Assembly: GCF_053078305.1 (NCBI RefSeq)
Contig: NZ_CP166879.1
DNA length: 64,000 nt
Direction: 5' to 3' (one strand)
In this document: piece by piece, positions 1-13,484 of the stretch
Numbering within the stretch: position 1 is the stretch's first letter
Layout of the letters: every line of letters begins with the position of its first letter
Notes under the pieces: model-generated
Database searches by the model: none
Told to the model about the DNA's origin: nothing
The model's input: the letters and a program-made list of their open reading frames with translations, nothing else
Translations under genes and position numbers: made by a program

Positions 1-58
1 TGCTCTTTTGCGTCTATAGTCATGATGTCAAATGAACGCGTTTCGACAGGAAATCATC

Positions 59-1384
59 ATGAATAAATATCAGGCAGTGATTATTGGTTTTGGCAAGGCT
101 GGAAAAACATTAGCCGTCACGCTGGCAAAAGCAGGTTGGCGTGTGGCTCTCATCGAACAATCAAATGCAATGTATGGCGGGACCTGTATTAATATCGGCT
201 GCATCCCAACCAAAACATTGGTTCATGACGCACAGCAGCACACAGATTTTGTCCGTGCCATACAGCGTAAAAATGAAGTGGTTAATTTTTTACGTAATAA
301 GAATTTTCATAATCTTGCGGATATGCCCAATATCGACGTGATCGACGGCCAGGCGGAGTTTATCAATAATCATAGCCTGCGTGTTCATCGGCCTGAGGGA
401 AATCTGGAGATTCATGGCGAGAAAATTTTTATTAATACTGGTGCACAAACCGTGGTTCCGCCAATTCCTGGAATTACCACCACGCCAGGAGTATATGACA
501 GCACCGGATTACTTAATCTAAAAGAATTGCCTGGGCATTTAGGTATTTTGGGCGGCGGATATATTGGCGTTGAGTTCGCCTCTATGTTCGCTAATTTTGG
601 CAGCAAGGTAACCATTTTAGAAGCAGCTTCGCTGTTTTTGCCTCGGGAAGAGCGGGATATTGCTGATAATATCGCGACGATTTTACGCGATCAGGGCATC
701 GATATTATCCTCAATGCCCATGTGGAGCGAATCAGTCACCATGAAAATCAAGTGCAAGTGCGTAGCGAGCACGCCCAACTGGCGGTGGATGCACTGTTAA
801 TAGCTTCCGGTCGTCAACCGGCTACCGCTTCGTTACATCCAGAAAATGCCGGTATCGCAGTAAACGAGCGCGGGGCAATTGTCGTTGACAAGCGATTACA
901 TACCACCGCAGACAATATTTGGGCGATGGGAGATGTTACCGGCGGGCTGCAATTTACTTACATATCACTGGATGATTACCGCATTGTACGTGATGAGTTA
1001 CTGGGTGAAGGCAAACGTAGTACTGATGATCGGAAAAATGTGCCTTATTCCGTATTTATGACACCGCCCCTGTCCAGGGTTGGTATGACAGAAGAACAAG
1101 CCAGAGAGAGTGGTGCTGATATTCAGGTGGTGACATTGCCTGTAGCTGCAATTCCGCACGCCAGAGTGATGAACGATACCCGTGGGGTATTAAAAGCGAT
1201 TGTTGATAATAAAACCCAACGTATATTAGGGGCATCACTGCTGTGTGTTGACTCCCACGAGATGATTAATATAGTGAAAATGGTGATGGATGCCGGGCTG
1301 CCTTATAGCATATTACGCGATCAGATATTTACTCATCCGTCGATGAGCGAATCACTCAATGATCTATTTTCATTAGTCAAATAA
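59..1384 (+). CDS. rclA: RclA, FAD-dependent pyridine nucleotide-disulfide oxidoreductase (reactive chlorine stress)
   Basis: ORF 32..1384; GFGKAG dinucleotide-binding motif and redox Cys pair (GGTCINIGC); 441 aa from second Met at 59; followed by rclB and rclC homologues in conserved order. Confidence 0.9.
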   Translation: MNKYQAVIIGFGKAGKTLAVTLAKAGWRVALIEQSNAMYGGTCINIGCIPTKTLVHDAQQHTDFVRAIQRKNEVVNFLRNKNFHNLADMPNIDVIDGQAEFINNHSLRVHRPEGNLEIHGEKIFINTGAQTVVPPIPGITTTPGVYDSTGLLNLKELPGHLGILGGGYIGVEFASMFANFGSKVTILEAASLFLPREERDIADNIATILRDQGIDIILNAHVERISHHENQVQVRSEHAQLAVDALLIASGRQPATASLHPENAGIAVNERGAIVVDKRLHTTADNIWAMGDVTGGLQFTYISLDDYRIVRDELLGEGKRSTDDRKNVPYSVFMTPPLSRVGMTEEQARESGADIQVVTLPVAAIPHARVMNDTRGVLKAIVDNKTQRILGASLLCVDSHEMINIVKMVMDAGLPYSILRDQIFTHPSMSESLNDLFSLVK

Positions 1385-1492
1385 ACTCAAAATCAGACGC
1401 CAGAACAAATATTCTGGCGTCTCAGAGAAAAGAATCTTATTAATTCCCTGTTACTCTATAACTTCTTAATCACTTCATTGATGGTATTTTAT

Positions 1493-1729
1493 ATGTTTAA
1501 AAAATCTGTTTTATTTGCAACACTATTATCTGGCGTTATGGCATTTTCCACCAATGCAGATGATAAAATAATTCTGAAACATATCAGCGTCTCGTCAGTA
1601 TCAGCATCACCGACAGTTCTGGAGGATACCATTGCTGATATAGCCAGAAAATATAATGCTTCATCCTGGAAAGTCACATCGATGCGAATTGATAATAATT
1701 CAACCGCAACAGCAGTATTGTATAAATAA
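1493..1729 (+). CDS. rclB: RclB, small periplasmic DUF1471-family protein
   Basis: ORF 1478..1729; signal peptide MFKKSVLFATLLSGVMA; 78 aa from internal Met; sits between rclA and rclC. Confidence 0.8.
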   Translation: MFKKSVLFATLLSGVMAFSTNADDKIILKHISVSSVSASPTVLEDTIADIARKYNASSWKVTSMRIDNNSTATAVLYK

Positions 1730-1740
1730 GGATGTTCACA

Positions 1741-2334
1741 ATGGAAAAATACCTGCACCTGTTAAGTCGGGGAGATAAAATTGGCCTGACATTGATTCGT
1801 CTGAGTATTGCGATTGTTTTTATGTGGATTGGGTTATTAAAGTTTGTCCCTTACGAGGCAGACAGCATTACACCATTCGTCGCAAACAGTCCACTAATGT
1901 CGTTCTTTTATGAACACCCGGAAGACTATAAACAGTATCTGACTCACGAAGGCGAATACAAACCAGAAGCAAGGGCATGGCAATCGGCCAATAATACCTA
2001 TGGTTTTTCCAACGGCCTTGGCGTCGTGGAGGTGATTATTGCTCTGCTGGTTTTGGCTAATCCTGTCAATCGCTGGTTAGGTTTATTGGGAGGGCTGATG
2101 GCATTTACCACACCGTTGGTAACACTCTCATTTTTAATCACCACCCCGGAGGCATGGGTACCCGCATTGGGTGACGCTCATCATGGTTTCCCTTATTTAT
2201 CCGGTGCTGGTCGCTTGGTATTGAAAGATACTCTGATGCTGGCAGGTGCTGTCATGATAATGGCAGATTCGGCGCGGGAAATTCTTAAACAACGCAGTAA
2301 TGAATCCAGTTCAACGTTAAAAACTGAATATTGA
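1741..2334 (+). CDS. rclC: RclC, inner membrane protein (DUF417)
   Basis: ORF 1732..2334; multiple hydrophobic helices; 197 aa from MEKYLHLL; operon position after rclB. Confidence 0.8.
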   Translation: MEKYLHLLSRGDKIGLTLIRLSIAIVFMWIGLLKFVPYEADSITPFVANSPLMSFFYEHPEDYKQYLTHEGEYKPEARAWQSANNTYGFSNGLGVVEVIIALLVLANPVNRWLGLLGGLMAFTTPLVTLSFLITTPEAWVPALGDAHHGFPYLSGAGRLVLKDTLMLAGAVMIMADSAREILKQRSNESSSTLKTEY

Positions 2335-2493
2335 TAATCCGAACACTGTCTGTTGTTCACTTTTTCAGGCGTCAGGCCCCCTTTCTGATGATGAAGCCTA
2401 ACGCCATATTACCGGAGATATGACAGAGTGAAGATCAATATCACTCCCCTGTTAAAAGATTCTTGTCGTCTCAGGTAAAATACATGATTAATA

Positions 2494-3378
2494 TCAATCA
2501 TGTATTTTTACAGCAAGACAACCACGAACAAATTCAGGATTAAAATGTTTTACCGACTCCCCAACATAACCCAAATCAAGCGAACTAATTTGTGCCATTT
2601 CTTTCTCTGTCAGTGAGAAATCCCAGATAGCAAAATTTTCTTCGATACGCTGTTGATGTGTCGATTTCGGAATAACGACCACTCCCCGTTGAATATTCCA
2701 ACGCAGAATGACTTGAGAAATCGATTTTTGATGGGCATCTGCAATACTCTGAAGCAGATTATTTTCAAAGGGTTTATGTCGTCCACCACCTAACGGAGCC
2801 CATGCTTCAGGCTGCACGTTATAATACTTCATGGTTGCCAGCGCCTCTGGTTGGGCAAAATAGGGATGCAACTCGACCTGGTTGACCATCGGTTTAACTC
2901 TTACCGTTTCACAAAAGTTCGCCAGAACATGAGGATAGAAATTGGAAACCCCAATCGCTTTTAATTTGCCCTCTCCATAGGCATCTTCGAGTGCACGCCA
3001 CGCACTGAAATAATCGCGCATGGCCTGGTGCAATAAATAGAGGTCGAAGTATTCTAGTCCCGATTTTTTTAATGATGCTTCAATACCTGCTGCTGCCGTA
3101 TCCTGATTCAACATATCCTGCACCCACAATTTAGACGTTATAAATAACTCTTCTCGGGTACATAAACATTCGGATATAGCTTCACGAACGGCTTCACCGA
3201 CGGCATCTTCATTACCGTATACCGCTGCAGTGTCGATGAGTCGATACCCCGTGCGGATAGCGTTCAACACTGACTGTTTGCACACGTTTTTATCGGTAAC
3301 CTGAAAAACACCAAATCCCATCATCGGCATTTTCAGATTGTTACTTAATACGGAAAATTCCACTGTCAGTCCCTCCAT
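2494..3378 (-). CDS. aldo-keto reductase (DkgA/2,5-diketo-D-gluconate reductase-like)
   Basis: AKR N-terminal signature MPMMGFGVFQ, LIDTAAVYGNE, SNF; alternative GTG start at 3363 preceded by GGAGG. Confidence 0.85.
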   Translation of the reverse strand: MEGLTVEFSVLSNNLKMPMMGFGVFQVTDKNVCKQSVLNAIRTGYRLIDTAAVYGNEDAVGEAVREAISECLCTREELFITSKLWVQDMLNQDTAAAGIEASLKKSGLEYFDLYLLHQAMRDYFSAWRALEDAYGEGKLKAIGVSNFYPHVLANFCETVRVKPMVNQVELHPYFAQPEALATMKYYNVQPEAWAPLGGGRHKPFENNLLQSIADAHQKSISQVILRWNIQRGVVVIPKSTHQQRIEENFAIWDFSLTEKEMAQISSLDLGYVGESVKHFNPEFVRGCLAVKIHD

Positions 3379-3611
3379 TAAGCATGAACAATGAGTCTAC
3401 GTTAAAACGTAACCTCAAATTAGTATGTGGATTTTGATATCACTTATGCAAAAAATTCATTAATAATGTAGGACTGAAACCTCTCTATTTTCGGGGACAA
3501 CGAAGCAGACGCTACCAGTGCTTTTGCCTTCGCCCTTGCTGTTTTTGATACACTTAGGGCCCAGGGCATAACGAAAATGTGCGATATGACAAAGAATTAA
3601 CGGAGAATGTG

Positions 3612-4469
3612 ATGATCAGGCAGAAGATTCTACAGCAGCTCCTGGAGTGGATTGAGTGCAATCTTGAGCACCCTATTTCAATCGAAGATATCGCACAGAA
3701 ATCTGGCTACAGTAGACGCAATATCCAGCTCCTGTTCAGAAACTTCATGCATGTGCCGCTGGGAGAATACATTCGCAAACGAAGGCTTTGTCGTGCCGCC
3801 ATTCTTGTCCGGCTCACCGCGAAATCTATGCTTGATATTGCACTCTCTTTGCATTTTGATTCACAACAGTCATTCAGCCGCGAATTTAAAAAGTTATTCG
3901 GCTGCTCTCCCCGTCTATACCGCCACCGTGATTATTGGGATCTCGCAAATATCTTCCCTTCTTTTTTAATACGTCAACAGCAAAAGACGGAGTGTAGATT
4001 AGTCAACTTTCCTGAGACACCTATTTTTGGCAATTCATTTAAATATGATATTGAAGTGTCGAATAAATCACCGGATGAAGAAGTCAAACTGCGACGTCAT
4101 CATTTAGCCAGATGTATGAATAATTTTAAGACGGATATCTATTTCGTCTCCACGTTTGAACCGTCAACAAAATCGGTCGATTTACTCACAGTTGAAACTT
4201 TTGCCGGTACGGTATGCAAACAAACCGATTCAGAGATGTCGAAAGAGTGGACAATTAACCGAGGACTGTATGCCTCTTTCCGCTATGAAGGTGAGTGGGA
4301 GCACTACCCTGAATGGGCGCGAAACCTCTATCTGATGGAATTACCCGCCAGGGGGTTAGCCAGAGTGAACGGCAGCGATATTGAGCGCTTTTATTACAAT
4401 GAAGATTTCGTAGAAAAGGATGGCAATGATGTTGTTTGCGAAATATTTATCCCTGTTCGTCCGGTTTAG
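3612..4469 (+). CDS. ykgA: AraC-family transcriptional regulator with GyrI-like effector domain
   Basis: ORF 3579..4469; N-terminal AraC HTH region (IEDIAQKSGYSRRNIQLLFRNF ... FDSQQSFSREFKKLFGCSP), C-terminal ~150 aa non-HTH domain; GGAG RBS before Met at 3612; gene symbol by position, not verified. Confidence 0.7.
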   Translation: MIRQKILQQLLEWIECNLEHPISIEDIAQKSGYSRRNIQLLFRNFMHVPLGEYIRKRRLCRAAILVRLTAKSMLDIALSLHFDSQQSFSREFKKLFGCSPRLYRHRDYWDLANIFPSFLIRQQQKTECRLVNFPETPIFGNSFKYDIEVSNKSPDEEVKLRRHHLARCMNNFKTDIYFVSTFEPSTKSVDLLTVETFAGTVCKQTDSEMSKEWTINRGLYASFRYEGEWEHYPEWARNLYLMELPARGLARVNGSDIERFYYNEDFVEKDGNDVVCEIFIPVRPV

Positions 4470-4589
4470 CTGTCGCTATATCTAAATGAACTTATAACGA
4501 GACTACTGTCAGGCAATTCAATAAATAATGGCGTTGAAGATGTCAACGCCATTATTGTTTATTAGAATGTTACTTTCATATTCTTAATA

Positions 4590-7500
4590 TTAGTTCATCG
4601 CCTCCTCGCCCTTTGCCGTATCGGCATCCACCGCGGTAATGGTCACCGTCACTGGCTTCATTTCGTACCCGCCATACGTGAGGGCGTTAAATGTAAACGT
4701 ATAGACACCTGGCTTGCTGGTACTAAATGTACGCGTGATTTTTCCGCTCACGAAATGGTCATTTTTCGACGGCAGGAACTGATAATCCTTCTCCGTCACC
4801 CCTTCTGGCGTCTGAATGTCGACCCACATATTCCCGCCAACGGGGTTATTTGCCGACATCAGGGTCACCTCCAGCTTCGCGGTCGATTTCCCATCCGCCA
4901 CCAGAGATTGCATATCAGATGATGCGGTGAGCACCGCGTTTTTATCATCCGCGACGAATTTAGATTCGGCAGTTTTCGTTGATACCTGACCGTTGGTCTG
5001 ACTCACTTGCGCCGTGAGTGTATATGTCGCCGCAACAGTAGTGGTGGCGGTGAAAATAGCCTGCCCTTGCTCATTCGTTGTCGCTGTGCCATTCGGTTCC
5101 AGGTTTAACGAAGCCGGGCTGGCAGTCAGCGTCACGTCGCTATCTTTCACCAAATTGTTATTGGCATCAGTCACCGTAACTTTATACGTTTGTTTGGCTT
5201 TGCCGTCCGCCAGCGCATAGTTGCCCATCACCTCAATACCGGAGACGGTTGCGGTAGCCTTATCGGCTACAAACGTTATAGTCTGCGTATCCGAAGGCTG
5301 GCTATTCCCTGCCGATGCCGTGATCTCATACGTTCCGGCAGTCACTGAAACCACCTGCAACTCGGCTTTCCCCTCATCGTTGGCTTTCACCCAGACATTA
5401 TCGCCTGTAAGCGGCTTGACACCCCGGGGCAGATTAAAGGTCACCAGGCTCCCTGGAACAGGGTTACCATTTTTATCCTCAACGTTCGCCGTCAGCGTAA
5501 AGGCATCTTTGCCGTTTGCCACTTTTTGAGCAGCGGTGTCTACCTGCAGGTTTGCCTGACCGGTGCTGGCATCCGCGTTGAATTTCACCGTGACCGTCTT
5601 CTGAGCACCATTCACCGAAGCGGAAATATTGTGTTCTCCCGCAACCGTTGACATAAGCTCAATGTCCACTTTCCCTGCCGCATTGGTTGTTACTGTATTC
5701 CCCGTCTTGCTGGTCACACCCTGCGGTAAAGTCAGCGTAACTTCTTGCCCCTGCAACGGGTTACCATAGCTGTCCACGACGGTCAGGGTTATCTGGTTAG
5801 TAGACTGTCCATTAGCCAGTTGGTTATTAACCTTCACTGTCATATCACGAATCTCAGCCTGAGAAGCGTCCCCTGCAACATTCAGCACCAGTGGCTGAGC
5901 AACGGCATTTTGGCCGTTCACTCGCGGCATCACAGACAACTGACCCGCGGCAGATCCCAGCGTTAAGGTCGCCACGTAGACCCCATTACCTTTCTCTGTC
6001 CAGTTTCCTGCTGAAGGACGCTCACTCCCCGTGCTGGCGGCACCGCTAAACACTGGTGCATCTGGCTTCAGCCCGGTGACCGGGTTCCCGTACGCATCCT
6101 TCACGGTGAAGGTGAGTTCCGTCGTCGTTTTGACGGTCGGAGCCTTATTGTCCGCAACAAGCGTAGAGTTCGCTGATGACATCTCCCCGGCGATGACCGT
6201 CAACTGCGCGGCTTCGGTGGCTGCTGGCTGGCCGTTGAAGAGCGGCATGACGCGAAGCTCGCCCGTCTTTCCACCTGTAGTCAACGTAGCAACATAGGAA
6301 CCGTTACCTTTTTCGGTCCAACTGGAAACGGTCGCCCCTTCAGAGGCGGTCCCCGTCAAACTTGCCGACAACGCAAGACCACTGATAGCGTTGCCATGCG
6401 CATCTTTCGCCACCAGCGTCACGGTTGTGCTTTCGCCGGCTTTTACGTGATCTTCTGCGACAGAGACTTTCGACTGGTTTGAAGATAACGCATCAGCCAC
6501 CACGGTTACTTTTGCCGCATTTGCTGCCGCATCCTGTCCATTTAGCTTCGGCATAACTTCTAATTCACCCGCCGTAGAGCCGAGAGTAATCTGCGCAGTC
6601 CACGTCCCATCACCATTATTTGTCCAGCCCGATGCCGTAGAACCTACAGCAGCGGCACCCGCTAATGACGGCGCTTCCGGCGTGAGGCTGGTCACAGGGT
6701 TGTCATAGGCATCTTTTACCGTCCAGATTGCCGTAACTGTACCCCCAACCACCGGTTTATCAGGATTCAGGGTGATGGACGAATGTGCTGCATCAAGCGG
6801 CCCGGCAACAAACTTCAGCGTTTGTTGTAATGTGCCCAGCTGATACTGCTCGCTGAAAGCACGCACAACAACGTTTCCGGCACGGGTCGAAGAAACCGTG
6901 GCGCTGTAAACCCCTGGTTCTATTTCCGAAATGGCACCAACGGTTACACCATTAGTGTCTTGCGGAACAAATCGCAAGCGGCTGGCTTCTCCCGTCACCG
7001 GATTACCCTCGGAGTCCACCGCAGTCAACGTCAACGTATAGGCTTGCTGACCATCAGCAACCACGTCACCTGACGGCTCGTTAGCGCTCAGGGTGGAGTT
7101 TGCCACATCCATCATCGTGGCCCGCAGTTCTGCAGTGACGGTTTTGCTCATGCCATCAACACTAACAGTAATCGTTGCCTCACCTGACTGCGTTCCGGTA
7201 GTAAAGACAGACTGATACACCCCTGCTTCAGTTTCGGTGAACTCACCCAGTGTTGGCTTTGCCTGTGATTTAGTGGCCTTCAGGGAACGAGTCACAATAT
7301 TTCCAGCCGGTTTGAAAGTTAGTTCAGTCTTGATCTGATCTTTCATGCCCGTGACTGGCTGGCCCTCGGCGTCGCGCAGAGACAGCACCAGCGGTTTTTG
7401 CTCATTACCGTTAGCAAGCATTTGAATACGGCTCTGACCGTCAAGCGTTAACGCCGTGCGATCGGCGCTCATACCAGCTCCGGTAATGACCACCTCTGTC

Positions 7501-8843
7501 TGCACGCGTTTTGAGGTATTGCCTTTGTTATCGTAGGCAACCGCAGAAATCGCATAATAATTGTCTTTGCCTGGACGATAAGCCGGGAGCGTTACTTGCC
7601 ACTGACTACCCTGACCGGTAATTTTGCCACCTTCAGCCAGTAATGACGGCGCTTCCCACTGCACATTTTTCAGTCCGTGAGTTGCTTTGCTGACCACAAG
7701 CCCCAGGGAAAGTGTCTGACCGCCCTTACCTTCAATACGCTCAGGCAGAGCAATACGGATCACTTCAGATTTGCGGTACTCAAGAACGATGTTGTTATTA
7801 CGCTCAACCAGGTCATAGCGGCTGCCTGCCAGTACCCGACGCTCGCGAATGCTATCCGTATCGAGTTGTTTCGCCAAAGGTTCGCCAATTCGGTAGTTAA
7901 CTTCCAGGCCAAAGCGAGTGTCATTCTCACCGCTCTTGCCCTGCTTATGCCCGGCGCTCAGTGTCAGAAGAGGCACTGGCGTGTAATTCACTTCAGCGGT
8001 AATCGCATGTGGATCTTTCTGGCGTTTATCTTTACCAAACAGCCCGACTTCATCGCCATAATACTGTTCATACATCAGGCTTGCGCCAAGCTGCGGCCAG
8101 GCAGGTAAATAGCCCTCTGCGCGGATATCCCAACCATTCGCCGGGCGTTCCTGATAATCCTCAATATCCGGCGATTTTTTCCAGCCAGAAGCCCGAATAT
8201 AACCATTGGCGCTCAGTTTCAGATAATCGCGCCAGTATTCCGCACCAACACCAATGCGGGTATGACTACGGGATAAATCATGGTCGATAAAGGTGTTCAC
8301 CCCCGCCATCCAGTCATTTCCTGAAAAATGACGCCAGCCAAAACCAATATTTGACTGAGTACGATCGTCTGTACGATGTATTGCCCCCTGAGTGAACAAC
8401 ATATTTGTCGGCGTATCATAAATCGGATAAAGCATTTCCAGCGAAGAATCCTTCAGCGAGAAATCTTTATCGACATTCAGTTTGACGCGCGCTGTACCAT
8501 ATTTCCCGAGCCACTCCTGTATTTCCTGGTTAGCTTTAGCGGTGGCCATTCCGGTAATAAAATTACGTGTCGCATCGCTATCTGGCTGACTGCTTAAAAA
8601 TGTCCCGGCATTTGCGGCAAACGACGCGACATTTTTCTCCACGTTATTATCAGCAGTTACCGTAGTATTTCCCATGCTCAACCGTGGCTGAACCGCATGC
8701 TGCGCACGTGCCGCCATTACTGGGGTAAAGGTGACAGCGAGTGGAAAAAGAACCTGAACAGAGATATTTGCCCACGCCACGCAGCGGGCCAGAACTGAAT
8801 AACGAAATCGTGGTTGTTTATGACCTGTTTTATAACGTGACAT
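4590..8843 (-). CDS. eaeH: intimin/invasin-family inverse autotransporter adhesin with repeated Ig-like (Big) domains
   Basis: 1417 aa; N-terminal beta-barrel inverse-autotransporter region followed by many ~90-aa Big-type repeats; position between ykgA and the ykgM region. Confidence 0.85.
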   Translation of the reverse strand: MSRYKTGHKQPRFRYSVLARCVAWANISVQVLFPLAVTFTPVMAARAQHAVQPRLSMGNTTVTADNNVEKNVASFAANAGTFLSSQPDSDATRNFITGMATAKANQEIQEWLGKYGTARVKLNVDKDFSLKDSSLEMLYPIYDTPTNMLFTQGAIHRTDDRTQSNIGFGWRHFSGNDWMAGVNTFIDHDLSRSHTRIGVGAEYWRDYLKLSANGYIRASGWKKSPDIEDYQERPANGWDIRAEGYLPAWPQLGASLMYEQYYGDEVGLFGKDKRQKDPHAITAEVNYTPVPLLTLSAGHKQGKSGENDTRFGLEVNYRIGEPLAKQLDTDSIRERRVLAGSRYDLVERNNNIVLEYRKSEVIRIALPERIEGKGGQTLSLGLVVSKATHGLKNVQWEAPSLLAEGGKITGQGSQWQVTLPAYRPGKDNYYAISAVAYDNKGNTSKRVQTEVVITGAGMSADRTALTLDGQSRIQMLANGNEQKPLVLSLRDAEGQPVTGMKDQIKTELTFKPAGNIVTRSLKATKSQAKPTLGEFTETEAGVYQSVFTTGTQSGEATITVSVDGMSKTVTAELRATMMDVANSTLSANEPSGDVVADGQQAYTLTLTAVDSEGNPVTGEASRLRFVPQDTNGVTVGAISEIEPGVYSATVSSTRAGNVVVRAFSEQYQLGTLQQTLKFVAGPLDAAHSSITLNPDKPVVGGTVTAIWTVKDAYDNPVTSLTPEAPSLAGAAAVGSTASGWTNNGDGTWTAQITLGSTAGELEVMPKLNGQDAAANAAKVTVVADALSSNQSKVSVAEDHVKAGESTTVTLVAKDAHGNAISGLALSASLTGTASEGATVSSWTEKGNGSYVATLTTGGKTGELRVMPLFNGQPAATEAAQLTVIAGEMSSANSTLVADNKAPTVKTTTELTFTVKDAYGNPVTGLKPDAPVFSGAASTGSERPSAGNWTEKGNGVYVATLTLGSAAGQLSVMPRVNGQNAVAQPLVLNVAGDASQAEIRDMTVKVNNQLANGQSTNQITLTVVDSYGNPLQGQEVTLTLPQGVTSKTGNTVTTNAAGKVDIELMSTVAGEHNISASVNGAQKTVTVKFNADASTGQANLQVDTAAQKVANGKDAFTLTANVEDKNGNPVPGSLVTFNLPRGVKPLTGDNVWVKANDEGKAELQVVSVTAGTYEITASAGNSQPSDTQTITFVADKATATVSGIEVMGNYALADGKAKQTYKVTVTDANNNLVKDSDVTLTASPASLNLEPNGTATTNEQGQAIFTATTTVAATYTLTAQVSQTNGQVSTKTAESKFVADDKNAVLTASSDMQSLVADGKSTAKLEVTLMSANNPVGGNMWVDIQTPEGVTEKDYQFLPSKNDHFVSGKITRTFSTSKPGVYTFTFNALTYGGYEMKPVTVTITAVDADTAKGEEAMN

Positions 8844-9393
8844 TGAGATAATTTCCTGATGAACGAATTAACGAACATAGGCAGACACAAATAATGGCGT
8901 CTGCTTGTCAGAAAAACCGGGGATTTCCCGGTTTCCTTTTCCGCAGAAAAGGAAATACCTTTATGTAAGAAAGTACACCGCCACCTAATATATCCAGTGC
9001 CTGTAGCCACTCATCAGGTGGTTGGGCGCGGGATTATATTTTTATTTATGGGTGAAAATTTAGCTTTTTGTGCAAGTCATTAAATAGATACCTAAGTTAA
9101 ATTTTTTACTCTGCGGACAGTGAATAATTCATTATTCAGAGTGAATAATAATGGCCTACCTTTAATTAACAACTATTGGAAATACGTCGAAGTAGGTATA
9201 TACGCCAGGATAAACCGATATATTTTTTATGGATATTCATTTTCCTTTATCGGACTGTAAATTGCGGGGATATCGAACTTGTACTACCCATCGCAACACT
9301 CAAACAGATTTATGAATTTCGTTCATAACCCCTGACAAATCCTGCCGTCTAATCGAGCTCTTCTCTTTACGTTATGCTTCTCATGAACGATAA

Positions 9394-12261
<2,868 letters not shown>

Positions 12262-12401
12262 CTATTATTTTAGCCACATTATTAGTAACAATGATAATCT
12301 GGCTGTATCGAAAATAATTCTAAACTTTCAGGAGATTTATTATGAATAAACGTATCCTCACGATTGCGCCATTCTTCTTACCGATATTCTGACACATATC
12401 A

Positions 12402-13328
12402 TCAATTTTCGAGTTTTACTCTTTTCTCCACCATAAAATCAATAAAAGCACGAACTTTAGAGGGCATTCTCACCCGTGATGAAACATAAATATAAAATCC
12501 AGGAAATGAAACAGCCCAATCCTCAAGAATCGGCTGTAACTTGCCCGCATTGATATGTTCAGCGATTGCAAAATCCAGATGTTGAATGATACCCGTTCCA
12601 TTCAGCGCCATTCGTATCATGCTTTCGTCATCATTAGAAATATACTTACCTGAAACCTCTATTTCGAACTCTTCATTCCCGCCCGCAACATTAGAAAACT
12701 CCCATGCAGAGAGTGCACCGCTACTTTTATGCCGCAACCGAAGGCAATTATGGTTACTCAGTTCCTGAGGCGTTTCAGGAATACCGTGTTCTTTTAAATA
12801 ATCTGGCGATGCCACAGTAACCAGTTTAATAAGCGGAGAAACAGGAACGGCAGTCATATGCTCATCCAGTCCTTGCTCAAGACGTATGCCCACATCACAG
12901 CCGTCCGCAATAATGTTAGATAAACCGTCATCCATAATGAGTTCTATCTTTGTTTTGGGGTAACGAGTAAGAAACTCGCCAATATGAGGCTCAACAAGCA
13001 TCCGTGCTGCAACACGGGAGGAATTTATTCTCAACAGGCCTGTAGGTTCAAGTTGGGTATCACCAACATCTTTCAAAGCATCATCAATTTGCCCCAAAGC
13101 CGACACCAGCACTTCATACAGACGCTGTCCTTCCTCAGTAAGCGACATATTGCGGGTCGTACGGTATATCAGCTTGGTGTTAAGACGTTCCTCAAGAGAT
13201 TTTAAATTCTGGGACAATGCGGCCCGCGTAATACCCATTTCAGAAGCGGCTCTGGAAAAACTGCCGGCACGAACAATCAGCGCAAACCAGGCAAGAGAAG
13301 GCAAAATTGAAGGCTCTATTTTCATCAT
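12402..13328 (-). CDS. LysR-family transcriptional regulator
   Basis: ORF 12402..13391; LysR HTH (FSRAASEMGITRAALSQNLKSLEERL); divergent from hydrolase gene; probable start at internal MMKIEPS. Confidence 0.8.
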   Translation of the reverse strand: MMKIEPSILPSLAWFALIVRAGSFSRAASEMGITRAALSQNLKSLEERLNTKLIYRTTRNMSLTEEGQRLYEVLVSALGQIDDALKDVGDTQLEPTGLLRINSSRVAARMLVEPHIGEFLTRYPKTKIELIMDDGLSNIIADGCDVGIRLEQGLDEHMTAVPVSPLIKLVTVASPDYLKEHGIPETPQELSNHNCLRLRHKSSGALSAWEFSNVAGGNEEFEIEVSGKYISNDDESMIRMALNGTGIIQHLDFAIAEHINAGKLQPILEDWAVSFPGFYIYVSSRVRMPSKVRAFIDFMVEKRVKLEN

Positions 13329-13484
13329 TGTAAACCTTAACTTAACACTGTGATAGATATTAGACCATTGATGATAACCAATACAAGTCATACTATTACG
13401 CCGTTCTCGATATGAACACGAATGCCAGTTGCGGATAATAGAAATGATATTTAAATCTGTTTAGGCAAATCCCCGGAGCTTGAA

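Noticed and set aside
1391-1425. Inverted repeat gacgccaga...tctggcgtc between rclA and rclB as an intrinsic terminator
   Set aside because: No downstream T-tract and it lies within an operon; more likely an attenuator or protein-binding site, not confidently a terminator.
5014-8290. Multiple 60-143-aa ORFs (for example 5014..5220, 5221..5529, 6031..6297, 7677..8108, 8009..8290) on the plus strand inside eaeH
   Set aside because: All are antisense or alternative-frame ORFs embedded in a long repetitive adhesin gene; no RBS or independent support.
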